Of a DNA stretch of 28,548 nucleotides, positions 1-12,272 are shown one piece after another; position 1 is the first letter of the stretch; each line of letters starts with the position of its first letter. Under the pieces are notes generated by a model. It saw nothing but the letters and a program-made list of their open reading frames with translations. It was not told the DNA's origin and searched no databases. Source of the stretch: Selaginella moellendorffii (Eukaryota > Plantae > Lycopodiophyta); the NCBI RefSeq assembly GCF_000143415.4, contig NW_003314302.1, positions 1,301,449-1,329,996 of the forward strand, given 5' to 3'. The position numbers were made by a program, and so were the translations under genes.

Positions 1-1435
1 GTTGATGCTTATATAAAAGGTTGAATTTAATAACCTTAATTTCTTTTGCACTCATCAAAAACACTTAAAAGTGGATTACTACATAGGTCTTATAGACTAT
101 GTTAGCAACAGAGTTGCTATTAATAATATTGAACTTGGAAAAGTTATAATTTTGCCTTCTACATTTTCTGGTAGCCCATGAGTAATGCAGCAACATTATC
201 AAGATGTTATTTCTATTGTCACACATTTTGAAAAACCTGACTTATTTATTACATTTACATGCAACCTAAGGTGGTTTGAAATTGTGCAAAACTTACAATT
301 GAATGAATCACCTGAGGATCAACTTCATTTTATTTCAAGAGTTTTCAACTTAAAATTTAAAGAATCCCTACATGACATAAGTATCAAAGGAATTTTAGGG
401 AAGTGCATCACATATGTTTATATTATTGTATTTTAGAAAAGAGGTTTGCCTCATTGTCATTTTTTCACAATGTTATCAAGGGAAGACAAGATAAAAAACC
501 ATGATTTAATTGATGAATTTGTCACTGCATAATTGCTACACCCACTGTTAAAACCAAAATTGCATAACATAATTATAAATCATATAATATATGGTAATCA
601 AAATCCCAAAAGCTCTTGCATAGAAAATAACAAATTCTCTAAGAATTATCTAAGAAAATTTAATGTTAAAACCATTTATTATGTTGATGATTATCTTGAT
701 TACTACCAACTTAATAATGGACACACTTTCATAAAAAATGGTTATATTATTGACAATAGATGGGTTGTTCTTTATAATAAATATATTTGTAAGAAATATA
801 AAGCATATATCAATGTAGAGATTTGTGCTTCTATTAAAAGTGTTAAATATGTTTTTCAATATATATACAAAGGCTATGACTATACAATATTAGAATTCCT
901 AACTACATCTAAAGAACAAAGGACATTAAATTGGGACGAAATCTCAAGCTTTGTTGATTTTTGATATATTTTTGTTCCCAGAGCCATGTGGCATATGTTT
1001 AAGTTTCATATACATGATAAATCACTAACTATTATACACCTTCCAGTTCATTTACTTAATTTTCAAAATGTCTATTTTATACCAGGTCATGAATAAGAGG
1101 CACTAGAAAGAGCCACTCAAAATGAAACAATGCTTACATAATGGTTCAATTTAAATATGCAAGACACCAATGCAAGGCAATACATATATACTTATATTCC
1201 GTTACACTACATATATAACAAATCCTCTTATAAATCACAATTACACCAACAAAAATCTAAACTCATACCAAGGATGTATTTCATATCTCCTTCTAATAGT
1301 GAGTTATACCATTTATAACTTATATTACTTCATAAAAAAGGTGTTGTATCATTTAAGGATATATATATTGTTGAAGGTGTTATTTTCTCCTCTTTTAAGT
1401 AAGTAACTGTGGCAATAAAACTTTTAGTAGATGAT
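1..1435 (+). pseudogene. Helitron Rep (HUH endonuclease / Helitron_like_N) segment, many stops and frameshifts
   Basis: ORFs 185-436 and 533-964 plus flanking translation: KPDLFITFTCN, YIIVF*KRGLPHCHF, DNRWVVLYN, DEISSFVDF*YI. Confidence 0.93.
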
Positions 1436-1567
1436 TATAAACCACAAATTTTTCCTTTCCAATTTGCGAGCTTACTTTACTTATTTGACCATCATGACCT
1501 TGGCCTTAATTAAGTTCCCTTACCAAGGTTCTCACTTATTGTACCAGCTTCTATTTAGTTTTACTTG

Positions 1568-3201
1568 TGTAAGCGACTAAATTTTCCATTCTATTTTAGT
1601 CACTTAACCACACCTCCGACCACTTGGAGGAGTCTCACTCACAACCTCCGTAAGTCCTGTTTTGGACTTAGGGTCTTACTAGCCCCAAGAATGGCATTCA
1701 TGCCACTAGACCATTGCACTTGGTCTAAGTGCTCCACATGTCCAATCCCATGACTAACACCCTAAGGTACCACTGACATATCAGCCTGTTACACTAAGGC
1801 CATGCCCATTCACCTTAGTCACATCAGTGGTCTAACATCACCTACATCACAGCCCCGTCTCTCAAAGACTGGGCCATCTGTTCATAAGTGATTATCCCGG
1901 ATCCACTCCTTAGCATCCTTAGGATGCTTGTAGGCATGGGGAATGGCCTTCCCTAATATCTCTTTTCCGGTCCCCACCAAGTCCCTTTCTACCCATGGCT
2001 GTGTTTGCCAACACTACCACTGGATCGAGGCCCACAAGCCCAACCACTAAGTCCCATGGTCCTCTGGGACTTCCTCCTCACATAACTGTATCCTTGGTCT
2101 CTACCCTAGAGGATGGCTCCTCTTCCTTTTCACAGCCTGGGACTTTGGGGCAATATTTCAGAACACCGTGGCCTTATGCGAGCCTCGTGGGTACTCTCCC
2201 TGCCTTCCGCCTTTGGGTGCTCTAGCCATGGGCTTAGAGCGAGGGTCCGTTAAGCCACGCTAGGTATCCAAGTAGGTAGTGCCACCCACACTTGGATTGG
2301 GAGCATCGACCATTCGATCTCCCGGGGGAACTAGAGTCAACTCTTGAACACTTCACCAAACTACCCCACTTGTCAATCCGTATTCACTCTAATCTTGGAC
2401 TTCCCAGTGGATATCCTATCACCCAACACTTGGGCACAGCCTTCCTGGGCCAAACTAGCCTTTCCTGGCCAAATTGGCCATTCCTGGCCAAACTAGCTCC
2501 ACTGGAGTCCTCCCCCTATTATACTTTTGGAGCTCACTAAACCCCCTAGGGTCTGGGAGACAAACACTTTGGGCTTTCACCCTCTCAGACTCAAACTCGG
2601 ACTAGGACTCGGACTTGGACTCGGACTTAGGCCTGGGCTTGGTCTCGGCCTCAGCCTCGGTCTCGGTCTTGGTCCCGGTCTCGGTCTCAGTCTCGGTTCC
2701 GGTCTTGACTTCAGACTCCATCTTGGACTCCATCTCGGGTCCATCTCGAACTCCACCTTGGGTCCATCTCGGACTCTATCTCAGTCCATCTCGGAATCCA
2801 TCTCGGTCCATCTCGGACTCCATCTTGAGTCCATCTCGGACTCCATTTCAGACTCCATCTCGGGTCCATCTCGGACTCTATCTCGGACTCCATCTCGGGT
2901 CCATCTCGGACTCCATCTCGGTCCATCTCGGACTCCATCTCGGACTCCATCTCAGGTCCATCTCAGACTCCATCTCGGACTCCATCTTAGGTCCATCTCG
3001 GGTCCCTTTTCTAGAGACTCTCTTATAGCTAGCTTCATATTCGTTCCTTGAGCACTCTGTTGAGAGTTCCACTCCTGCTCTCAACCTTTCAAGTCAAAGC
3101 TTTTAGTTCAAATGTGTTGTGCTTGTTTGGCTTTCGCTTCGGCCACTACCACATGGCACCCTTTTGGCTCTACTTTGGGGCTTAGGGATTTGTGTCTCAC
3201 A
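1568..3201 (+). mobile_element. Solo-LTR-like element C (1634 bp) inserted in A
   Basis: TGTAAG...CTCACA termini with exact TSD ACTTG (1563-1567 / 3202-3206). Shares the TATACTTTTGG...CTTTGGGCTTTCACCC block and a hexamer array with B. No coding domains seen. Confidence 0.85.
2587..3005. repeat. Hexamer-based array in C (CTCGGA/CTCGGT grading into TCCATCTCGGAC-type units)
   Basis: Directly visible tandem degenerate repeats; they generate the LG-, SD- and ES-repeat ORFs in the track. Confidence 0.95.
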
Positions 3202-3431
3202 ACTTGGTTTCAGCAACTCACTGCATGAGCAATAGAGCATTAGCCATCCATCCACGGATTCCCAAATTCTCTTTTAATCCCCCTCCTAGCACCACTCCAC
3301 ATAAAGTAGGAACACAGTAGTTGGTTTCCCTTCCGGGAGTGTTCTTGAGCACTATCTTGGGTGGCATCCTCCCCCACCCCCCCTATGGGAGACACATGCT
3401 TTGGGCTTTCACCCCACAATTTGTATTAGTA

Positions 3432-3713
3432 TTCGGACTCAGTCTCGGACTCAATCTCGAACTTGATCTCGGACCCGACCTTAGACTTTGTCTTGGACTC
3501 GATCTCAGACTCAGTCTCAGACCCGATCTCAAATCTCGGACTCGGTCTTGAACTTAGTCTCGGACTCGGTCTCAAACTCGGTCTCGGACTCGGTCTCGAA
3601 CTCGGTCTCAAACTTGGTCTTGAACTCGGTCTCGGAGTCGGTCTCGGACTCAATCTCGGACTCGGTCTCAAACTCAATCTCAGACTCGGTCTCAAACTCA
3701 ATCTTAGACTCGG
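3432..3713. repeat. Hexamer/dodecamer array (GACTCG/GTCTCG/AACTCG) in A
   Basis: Visible tandem repeats. The array continues at 4875-4915 after the B insertion. Confidence 0.95.
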
Positions 3714-4869
3714 TGTAAGCCATAAATTTTTCCTTTCTAATTTACCAGCTTACCTCGTCTATCCGACCAACACTGCCTTGGCTTGTGCTAAGTTCCCTCG
3801 CCAAGGTTCCCGCCTATTGTACCAGCTCCTACTTGGTCCTACTTGGTTTCAGCTACTCACTGCACAAGCAGCGGAGCATTAACCATCCATCCACGGATTC
3901 CCAAATCTCTCCCAATCGGGTTAGACTAGACTTAAGGTTCGGCTACACTCCCCATAGACACAAGCAGCCAAGCACACCAAGCCTCCAAGTTCCTAACACC
4001 CCTTGGTACAACAAAACTTAATCATGGGACCCTCTAAATCCCAAGCCTTGGGTGCAACACTTGCTTCGGGACATTGGGGCGAAACACTATGGCCTAACGG
4101 CCCGGTATGGGTACCTCTACCCCCCCACTTCCATCCCAAAGGGAAGGCCCAAGCCCCTAGGAAGGGCAAGGACCAATGAGCCACAAGGTACTCAAGTGGG
4201 ACACCACTCCACATGAGCTGGGAGCACTGCAGTTGGTTTCCCTTTCGAGAGTGGGAGCTGCTCTTGAGCACTTCCCTGGGTGGCCCCTCTGGCACCACCC
4301 AAGCCCATGCTCACTCCCACCCAAGGCCCCTCGGCCCCAGTCTCAACCTCAAGTTAGTTTGGAAGCACCACTGGAGAGTTCCTTCAAGATTGGTTCCTGG
4401 ACCTCACTATCCCTACTATACTTTTGGAACCCCCTGCAGCGCCCCCCCCCCCCCCCTTGGGAGACGCACGCTTTGGGCTTTCACCCCTTGACCCGTATTA
4501 GTATTTGGACTCGGTCTCGGACTCAATCTCAGACTCGATCTCGGACCCGACTTCGGACTTGGTCTTGGACTCGATCTCGGACTCGATCTCAGACCCGATC
4601 TCGGACTCGACTTCAGACTCGACCTCGGACTTAGTCTCGGACCCGATTTGGATCTTGGACTCTGTCTTGAACTTGGTCTCAAACTCGGTCTCGAACTCGG
4701 TCTCCGATTTGGCCTCGGGCTCGATCCCGGACTCTATCTCGAACTCGGTCTTAGAGTCGGTCCTAGACTTGATCTTCGACTCGGTCCCATCCGATGAACT
4801 CTTTGTCATTTCGGTCATGCTTTCGGGGATCCTTTAGCCTACGACATCTCGGGGAGTCGGTTCCTTACA
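3714..4869 (+). mobile_element. Solo-LTR-like element B (1156 bp), same family as A, inserted in A's repeat array
   Basis: Intact TGTAAG...CTTACA termini (6-bp inverted repeat). TSD CTCGG/CTCAG (3709-3713 / 4870-4874, one CpG transition). Both ends are homologous to A's ends. Confidence 0.88.
4505..4790. repeat. Hexamer array (GACTCG/ATCTCG/GTCTCG) in B
   Basis: Visible tandem repeats at the same relative position as in A and C. Confidence 0.95.
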
Positions 4870-5229
4870 CTCAGTTTCAAAGTTTATCTTGGACTCAATT
4901 TCAAACTTGGTCTCATCCGATGAACAACTTCGGGGATCCTTTAGCGTAAAACACCTTGGGGAGTTGGTTCCTTATAATGATTCAGAATGGCAACATTGCA
5001 TATAAGAAACTTCTACTTTAAAATGCTATCTTAATTAAGGTAGTTATTTGTTTTTATCTATTTGTATTGTTCACCAAAAGATCCAAATCTATTATGGGAT
5101 TAATTCAAAATTTATATGTCTAAGGATATGCTAGAAATGATATAAACCATTTTGATATTACTTTACTCAATATTAACTCAAAATTCCAACTATACAAAAA
5201 ATCTAATTCTAATTTTGGTTTACCACTCC

Positions 5230-7309
5230 TATAGTTATGAATACAGCCAGGATCCCAGCCATGTTCACTGTGTTTCATGAACACAGGCATGATTCATGTT
5301 CCCACGGCCGTGTTCATGAATAGAGTAAACTATTGCAAACATTGGCTGTGATCCTGGCCGTGGTTGCCAGGATTCTTGGCCCGTGTTCGTAAGATGATTC
5401 AAACTCTTAGCGCACACGCAACAATCTAGGGTATTTCCTCCAAGCTCTCAATCTTGTTCACTGCCACTACCATAGCTGATTCTGGCAGCACCACAGCCGC
5501 TGCTGCCACTGCAGATTCTAGCAGCACCGCAGCCATTATTGCCACTGCTGATTTTGGCTGTGCCATAGCCGTTTTTGCCACTCCATTTGCCACGGATTGA
5601 GAGGCACTTCATCTACCCTGCTGCTGCCAAGCATGGCACAGCAATCCAACATACTGCAGGGGTGAAAGGATCCTTCTTCACGGTGGTGGGACAAGGTAAG
5701 TGTGCTTGAGAGCAGGGGGCATGACCACAAATTGTGGTCATGCAAATATTGCACAATGGTGAACAAGTTCAATGGTGTTGATTGTGTGTGAGCTCAGCTG
5801 CTGGGAGAAGGCCTAGGCAGCAGGGATATTGGGAGTTGCCCCATTATCCTAGGTAACAAGAAGGCAGAGTTGGTTAACATACAAAAAAGTTATTGACTCT
5901 GAGAAAGGCACAAGGGGGAAGAAATGGCCGAATGTAGAACTTTCAATGCCAGTGGTATCATCCCAAGCAAGTGGAAGTGGCTGCTTTTCTTCGTTGTTTA
6001 GCAAGTTGAGCCAAGTCCATATTGTAGATTCGATGGATCCAGAGCAGAAGAGTTGAGTTGATGTGGCAATTGGAAGGTTTTTATAGAATGAACACATTCC
6101 ATTTGTGAAGGCTTGGTCCTCTTACTTCCTCAACATGATCCAGGAAGTTGTCAGACATGGTGTGCCTTATGCACCACCAAAATATGATGATCTTTGGGAG
6201 AAGCTTTTGTTGAAAGAGAAGGGATTCATTGATGTTGAGATGGCGTCTATGAAGAAGCAGTGGGAGTAGAGGGGTGTAACCATATGCAAAAACGGGTGGG
6301 CAAATAGGAAGAATCCATATATCATGGGGCTTGTGGCATATAGTCAAGGATGGATAGCTTTTTTGAAGGGTATTGATATTTCCTCAATAGGAAAAACAAC
6401 TACGAATACTTTGCATTGCTGGGAAGAAGGCATTAGCATTGTGGGTGCAGAGAATGTTGTCATGGTTGTAATGGATGGGGAAAATGTGAATAGAGCAACA
6501 GTAGCAATTTTGAAACAAAAGTACCTAAAGATTCAATGGGCAACATGTTTTGCCCATTGCTTGAACAATACCTTAAAAGATTTCAGTGAACTTTCATGAA
6601 TGGTAACACTTCTGGAGCAAGGAAAGGTTTTGGTGAGCTTTGTTAGGAATCACTCTCATATGGTGGCACTCCTAGCAAAGTTTACTCACAAGTGAATGTT
6701 GTGCTATTGTGATACAAGGTTTGGCTACAACTTCATTATGAGGAGGATAGGAGGCATTTTCAACTTAATTGATGCTAAAGTTGATCACACTAAGAAGGGA
6801 GCTATATGTTGGTGGGAGGACTATGGTTATGAAATTTTAGCTCTTCAAAAGTGGGTCATTCAAGTTCTAAGTAAGGCATGCTCATCATCCTCAGTAAAGA
6901 GATTATTCAATACTTTCGAGCATGTGTCTTCAAAGAAGAGGAACAGACTTACTATGAACAGGATAGAAGATCTAGTTTTTGTGGCTTGCAATAGTAGGTT
7001 GTTAACTTGCAAAAATGACCATGACTACAACAAGTTTGTGAGCTACAAAGTACTAGAGATAGTTCCTCAACCGAAAGACAAGCTTTAGTTAGGAGAGGAA
7101 GAGGAAGATGGAGATGATGTTGAAGATTGTGAGGTTGAAGATAATGATGATTTGTAGGATAATAAAAGTAGCATATTCCTAGAATAAAAATAGAATATTT
7201 TTAAAATCTTCACTAGAATATTTGTGAGCCATAATGAGCCGTGATCGTGTTCTGTGGTTGGGTTCCTAAAATCTAAGGCTCGTGTTCGTGTTCCATGTTC
7301 GTAACTATG
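5230..7309 (+). mobile_element. hAT DNA transposon, internally deleted
   Basis: Exact 8-bp TSD ACCACTCC (5222-5229 / 7310-7317). TIRs TATAGTTATGAATA and TGTTCGTAACTATG (rc CATAGTTACGAACA). Subterminal CGTGTTC-like motifs at both ends. Confidence 0.93.
5630..7157 (+). pseudogene. hAT transposase remnant (BED zinc finger, DUF659-like core, hATC dimerisation domain)
   Basis: WWDKV..LWSCKYC (BED-like), VVMDGENVN..WATCFAHCLN, TRF, WWEDYG..LQK..QVLSKACSSSS.KRLFNTFEHVSSKKRNRL, acidic tail. Stops, frameshifts and a deletion near 6740. Confidence 0.9.
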
Positions 7310-7317
7310 ACCACTCC

Positions 7318-7831
7318 CAACTCTTGCTCCCATTATCAAACACATGTTTAATATACAAATTTCTGATCTCTCACAAAACCAAATCAATGCGAATATAAAT
7401 CAATTCAATGATGACCACTATATTTTTAGCTCATTATGAATTCTATTAACATTAACCAGCATCAATGTTTAGACTTGGTGGTACTGGGAAAATGTTTTTA
7501 CTTAATACCATTATTACAACATTAAAATTAAAAAAATTAAAAGTAATCAGTATGGCATGGATTGGGATTGCAAGCATTTTGCTAAAATATAGTCAAACGG
7601 TATATACAACTTTTAAAATTCTTGTTCCTTTAAATGAAACTTCTGTCTCTGATTTAACAATTAATATTGTTGCTAGAAAAACCATTAAACAATCAAATGT
7701 TCTCATATGGGATGAAATTAGTATGGTGCACACACATGCTTTCTCTAAGGTTGATAAATGATTAAAACATCTCAAATTTAATTCTAAATCATTTGGAGGC
7801 ATTACAATGATTACAAGTGGTGACTTTCATT
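7318..7831 (+). pseudogene. Helitron Pif1 helicase, N-terminal motifs I-III
   Basis: GGTGKMFL, AWIGIASILL, LIWDEISM, FGGITMITSGDFH, cut by the MULE insertion. Confidence 0.92.
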
Positions 7832-8249
7832 GGGACTGGGTAGTTTTTGAGTTGAGCTCAAGTCAATGAAAGCTAATATAGTCCACTAAATACAAAAATT
7901 GATGTTTATATGATTGGTCGGGATGAACCAACAATTCTATTCAAAACTTAAGACTATTTTCAGTCCAAGAAAAAGCTAAATAATATAAGTCCAATAAGAA
8001 AATAAATATCATGAGTCAAAGAAGAAACTCTATAATACTACTAAAAACTTTGACTAAAAAAAAAACTAAACTTAGTCTTCCTTAGCATCCACATTCACAA
8101 AAGAAGGAGTTCATATAGTATTATGCTCTTTAATTGTGGGCTCTTGTTGATATAAGCTTGTGCCATTGTTTTTGCATAGCATGGTAAATTATAGCCCAAG
8201 TCATTGATCCATAATGGAATTACTATAATGAGAAATTTATACTTTATTA

Positions 8250-11200
8250 TCACCTATTATGAAATGTTCCAAAAACACCTTCAAATACACTTTTCTTCTC
8301 TAGTGCAAAAACTACACTACCAGTCTCTTTTGCCACTAGCACCATCAAACCAAAATCTGTTGTAGCATCAAGCACAATCCTCTTAAGAAGACAAAACAGC
8401 TCTAGGAGAATTTGTATGGCCTTTGGTGAAAAGTGTCGATAGCTAGGGAATTCTATGTGATGGTCCTCGTCAATGACATTTGGGATGATGTTTGCTGAGC
8501 TATTATATTCTAGCAATGCCAAACTTGCACACTCATCAACTCATGTAATACTATGACGGCAAGAGTAGCGGCAAAGAGCATAGTAGTTCGATGCTAAAAC
8601 CTACAATGAAAAGAGGCAATCAATTTAACAAATAAAAAACAAGGAAATGCAAATTTTTACATTTGACCACCTACTCCTTTTGTTTCGATCGAGATGTTTG
8701 AAAGTAGGCAGCTTAATGCAAACTCAACCAATCTAAAGTCATCATTCTATGCCATTGTTGCAAGAAAACCTCCCCAAAATAAAGAATAGGGAATAATGAC
8801 TAGCATAACGCCTTCATATCACAACACCTTGGATGCCACATCCACTACTTGAGAAATATGGTTTGGTCCAAGGATGTTCTAGGATAGAGTGTCACCTTGT
8901 AAAAGTGGTAACCCATCAGGCAAATTGAAGAACGTGAGGTCAATGTTGAAGGTATTATTCATTCCCAATCCTCACATCCATCTATGGAACATAGAAGACT
9001 CTCAGCTCATATCGTTGGAAAGTTGAAAGTAGTCTCTAATAACTATTTTCACATTGCCAACAATTCCCATAGAAGAAAGAGGGCGAACTTGAATAGTGTT
9101 CAAAACTGGGAAATATTAAAGTTAATACATGTTTTGTTTCATACCTGTTTATGTGAAGCCAATGAAGACAACTCTTGGAGGTCATCCTCTATAGCGGTGG
9201 GGAGGGATGGAAAGATTGCATTTATACATCAGCATATAGAGTGCTAGTTAGTTTCTCTGATATCTACAACCATATTACAATAAGCAAGGTCATTAGAAAT
9301 CAAGTTCTTACTCTCTTGGACATCCTCACTATAGAGCTACCTTTGTACATTTCGAGTAGTTAGGGCTAATTGAGCAATAGCAATAGAATTTGGGGAATAA
9401 GCCATTGTAGTAGGATGAGATAGGGCAAAAGAGTTTTCAGCCTGGTTTTCCACTTGTTCCTCTTTGGTTTGCTCATATGAATCTCATCCTTGTCCTAAGG
9501 CATCTCCACTTCCTCCAAAAGTGCCTTTACAATAAAGTAGAAATATAAGTTATTGCTAAGAAGTTTTACTCATCAAACCTAGATGACACTTGAGGTAAAA
9601 ATTGAGCTTACAAGGTGATGATGGCATTTGCCTCCACAACTCCAAGTACCATAGACAAAGTTCTCACTCCTACGTAGTGGGACAATGGAACTCTAGCTCA
9701 TACATGCTAAGCTTCTTTAAGAGCTTGAGAAAAAAAACTTGTTGTATACACTGGAGCATCTGGGCAATGATTTAAATACCTATAACAGAGCCATGATTAA
9801 ATAAGCAAGTCAATTTCTTGTAATATACCTATATACTATGCGGCGCGACAAAAATGGTTGGCCCAGCTAGTTCTTGAAATCCATAGAGCTTGAGCTGCCA
9901 TCAAGAAGCCATCCATCCCCAAGCTCTTGAAGGGAAGCTTGGACTTATTCTAGAAGTGTTATGCCGGTGCAGGCATTAGTAAGGAACTTCGTTCCCATGC
10001 TTGAAGTAGCTCTTCAGCAACCGCAATACTTTAAGTGATATAGAGCTTTTCCTTCATCACATTCTCAAGTTTGCTTTTTAGCCTCTTATCATTGTTACAA
10101 TGTTAAGTGTTAAGGAGCTCCAAGCAAGAGGTTTATTCGTTAAAGGAGAGCTTGCTTTTTGTGATGTTATAAATCAAGTCTTTAGGTGCTTTACCATTTC
10201 CTATAAGGACAAGGATTTCAAAGTGGAATGAGAAAGATAAAAAGGACTAATTTATTATCATGAGAGCATATCTTTGCAATGCAATCTAGCCAATCTTTAT
10301 CATGTCGGATGTTCGCAATAGCAAGTAGCTTCTTCACCTTTGACTTCTTTGAGTTCAAAATGTATTGCTCAATTTGTTGTAGTTCAAGGTTCTTTTGCAA
10401 CTCATCCGTCACTTGAGTAATCTTCAAGTATGAGTTTTTCTCCACCTTGACAATTGGCTAAAAAAAAAACTTGTGAATAGAAAACACAAATTAATGCAAG
10501 AAAAGGATACTTTTGCCCAGACTATAACTAAAAAATCTATAGGCATCTGATACCAAGTAAGCAACTCTTGACTTTTTCGTGCTACAAACTTTGCTTGAAT
10601 TGCTTCCATAACCTTGCGACTTTACAACATCTAGATTTCCTCAAGAGAAAGCATGCTAACATATCAAAAGTGCTTGATATCATGGACCAAGGTATGTGCT
10701 TGGAAAGAAAACTAATTAAGATTGTAACATAGTTGGTGAGAACAAAAAGGGATTTTTATATATTGATTTTGTGACATACAAGGTTGAGCCTCACAGCTTG
10801 CTTTTGATCCTCTGGCTTCACAAGTGTCACTAGAACACAAATATATTACTTGTTATCGTCATAGAACTTCTCTTGGATACACCTCCAAAACACTAGCCAC
10901 TAGTGGTTTTCATCACTAATGAAGAACATTTGACCTATAAAGGCTTGTGTCTCCTTGTGGCATGCTATCAAAGTATCAAACTCTTGAAATTTCCTCTACC
11001 ATATCTGATCCTAAGTTTGCTTGATCTCGCAAGTAACCATATCTATGCGATTTGTTCCTGGGAATGATGACAACACAATAAATGATCTAGCATTGTGCCC
11101 AAATCCAACCTCTATAAAAGAGGTATAAATAGCCATGTTGAGGTTGTAGGCTAAATGCACCCAATGACTCTATTTAAGATGGCAAAGTGGAATTTGTAGA

Positions 11201-11735
11201 TGTTGGGATCCTTTCCAAGCCATTTCACCTAACACCCTGCTGATGGTTTATTCTTGAGCCTGGACAATAGTCTCGTGTACTCGCTCATTTAAGATCGTGT
11301 CGGCCTTTAACATAGTTACCACCTCATTTCTGTGACCTTCAAGAGCAGCAACATATCCACCATTTCCACCACCAAGATCTGCCCCACCACCTATAGCACC
11401 ATGTGCCTCATTTTTGCCACCAAGTTCTGCCCTACCACCTATGGCACTAGGTGCCTCATTTCCACCACCACCAGCAGCTTCTCTTGCACTATAGATAGGT
11501 TTTGCATTTTTGCACTCTCTAGAACCATCTGGCTCCTACATGCTGACACCTGGATCAAGATCAACCATTGCTTGGATCTCACTATTCCCACCATGGTCTT
11601 CCTCTAAAGTAGCTCTTTGAATTTGTGAGGTGTCCCTAGTGAATCTAGCACAATAATCTAGTTGTTTTCCTAGAGAATGGGTCTATTAAGGTTGACTAGC
11701 ATGCTTCTTATGTTGTGGCATGATTTATAAGTCTG
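8250..11735 (-). pseudogene. Decayed multi-exon cargo gene: Gly-rich N-terminus, ParB/Srx-like domain, helical middle, beta-class DNA amino-methyltransferase-like domain
   Basis: Minus-strand translation gives LQIPLCHL..FIEVGF..MFFISDENH*W (10900-10914, cf. ParB DGNHR), IDLTFFNLPDG (8912-8944, cf. motif IV DPPY), ASKVL*YEGVMLV (cf. RVLKPGG) and LLELFC...IVLDATTDFGLMVLVAKETGSVVFALEK (8349-8378, cf. SAM-binding motif I). Short GT-AG introns near 8600-8660, 10455-10510 and 10700-10760. Exact start and exon limits are uncertain. Confidence 0.68.
11350..11480 (-). repeat. ~45-bp coding tandem repeat (about 2.5 copies), Gly-rich GGGNEAPSAIGG-type peptide
   Basis: TTTCCACCACCAAGATCTGCCCCACCACCTATAGCACCATGTGCCTCA-like unit repeated, in frame with the ParB-like region. 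Confidence 0.75.
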
Positions 11736-11796
11736 CATAAAAATGACAAAAAAACTTGAGTAAACATTAAAAAAATAGTTTTGAAGAAAAATAGAA

Positions 11797-12272
11797 GCAA
11801 TTTCCTTGGTGTTAGGGAGATCGATTCATTGCCAAACCAATCTTCCAACACCAAGAGAACAAAAAGAAAAAGAAAAGGAATATAGCTCCCTTAGCGCTGG
11901 GAAGATTGATTTGGCAGCAAACTAATCTTCCAGTGCCAAAAAAACTAAAGAAAAAAAAGAAAAGGAATAACTCCCTTAGCATTGAGAAGATTAATTTGGT
12001 GGCAAACCAATCTACAAGCACTAAGGGAACAAAAAAAAAAAAGAAAAGAAGTAGTTCCCTTGGCATTGGGAAGATTGATTCGTCACCAAACCAATCTTCC
12101 AGCATTAAAGGAATTAAAAAAGGAAAAAAAGAAGCAATTCCTTTAGCATTGGGAAGATTGGTTCATTGCTGAACCAATCTTACAACACCAAGGGAACAAC
12201 AAAAGAAAAAAAAAACCAGAATCTAATATGCTAAGAAGATTGATTCGCTACCGAACTGATCATTCCAGCGCA
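11797..12272. repeat. Tandem array of ~5.5 units (~84 bp), each a ~58-bp imperfect palindrome plus an A-rich linker
   Basis: Example unit 4: TTCCCTTGGCATTGGGAAGATTG-attcgtcaccaaac-CAATCTTCCAGCATTAAAGGAA, then a poly-A tract. Units start near 11797, 11881, 11968, 12052, 12134 and 12220. Confidence 0.92.

Larger units (their letters stand above)
1436..4976 (+). mobile_element. Solo-LTR-like element A (outer), interrupted by elements C and B
   Basis: 5-bp TSD ATGAT (1431-1435 / 4977-4981). Ends TATAAACC...CCTTATA are eroded TGTAAGCC...CCTTACA. Pieces 1436-1567, 3207-3713 and 4875-4976 align with element B. Confidence 0.85.

Noticed and set aside
2527-4837. Many overlapping ORFs with LG, SD, ET/ES and RS/RT dipeptide repeats
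   Set aside because: Expected artefact of stop-free hexamer arrays inside LTR-like elements; open in several frames on both strands.
1436-4869. Treating the repeats at 1436 and 3714 as the paired LTRs of one retrotransposon
   Set aside because: TSDs show B is inserted inside A. The intervening DNA is another TSD-flanked element, with no PBS, PPT or gag-pol.
8250-9000. Bacterial contamination or a restriction-modification system as source of the MTase-like motifs
   Set aside because: The region has spliceosomal-type introns, the same decay pattern as its neighbours and lies within TSD-bounded plant TE sequence. No endonuclease partner was seen.
11797-12272. CRISPR-like appearance (palindromic repeats with spacers) and Lys-/Phe-rich ORFs
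   Set aside because: The spacers are poly-A linkers, not unique sequence. The repeats are long and degenerate, no cas genes are present and the context is eukaryotic. The ORFs arise from A/T tracts.
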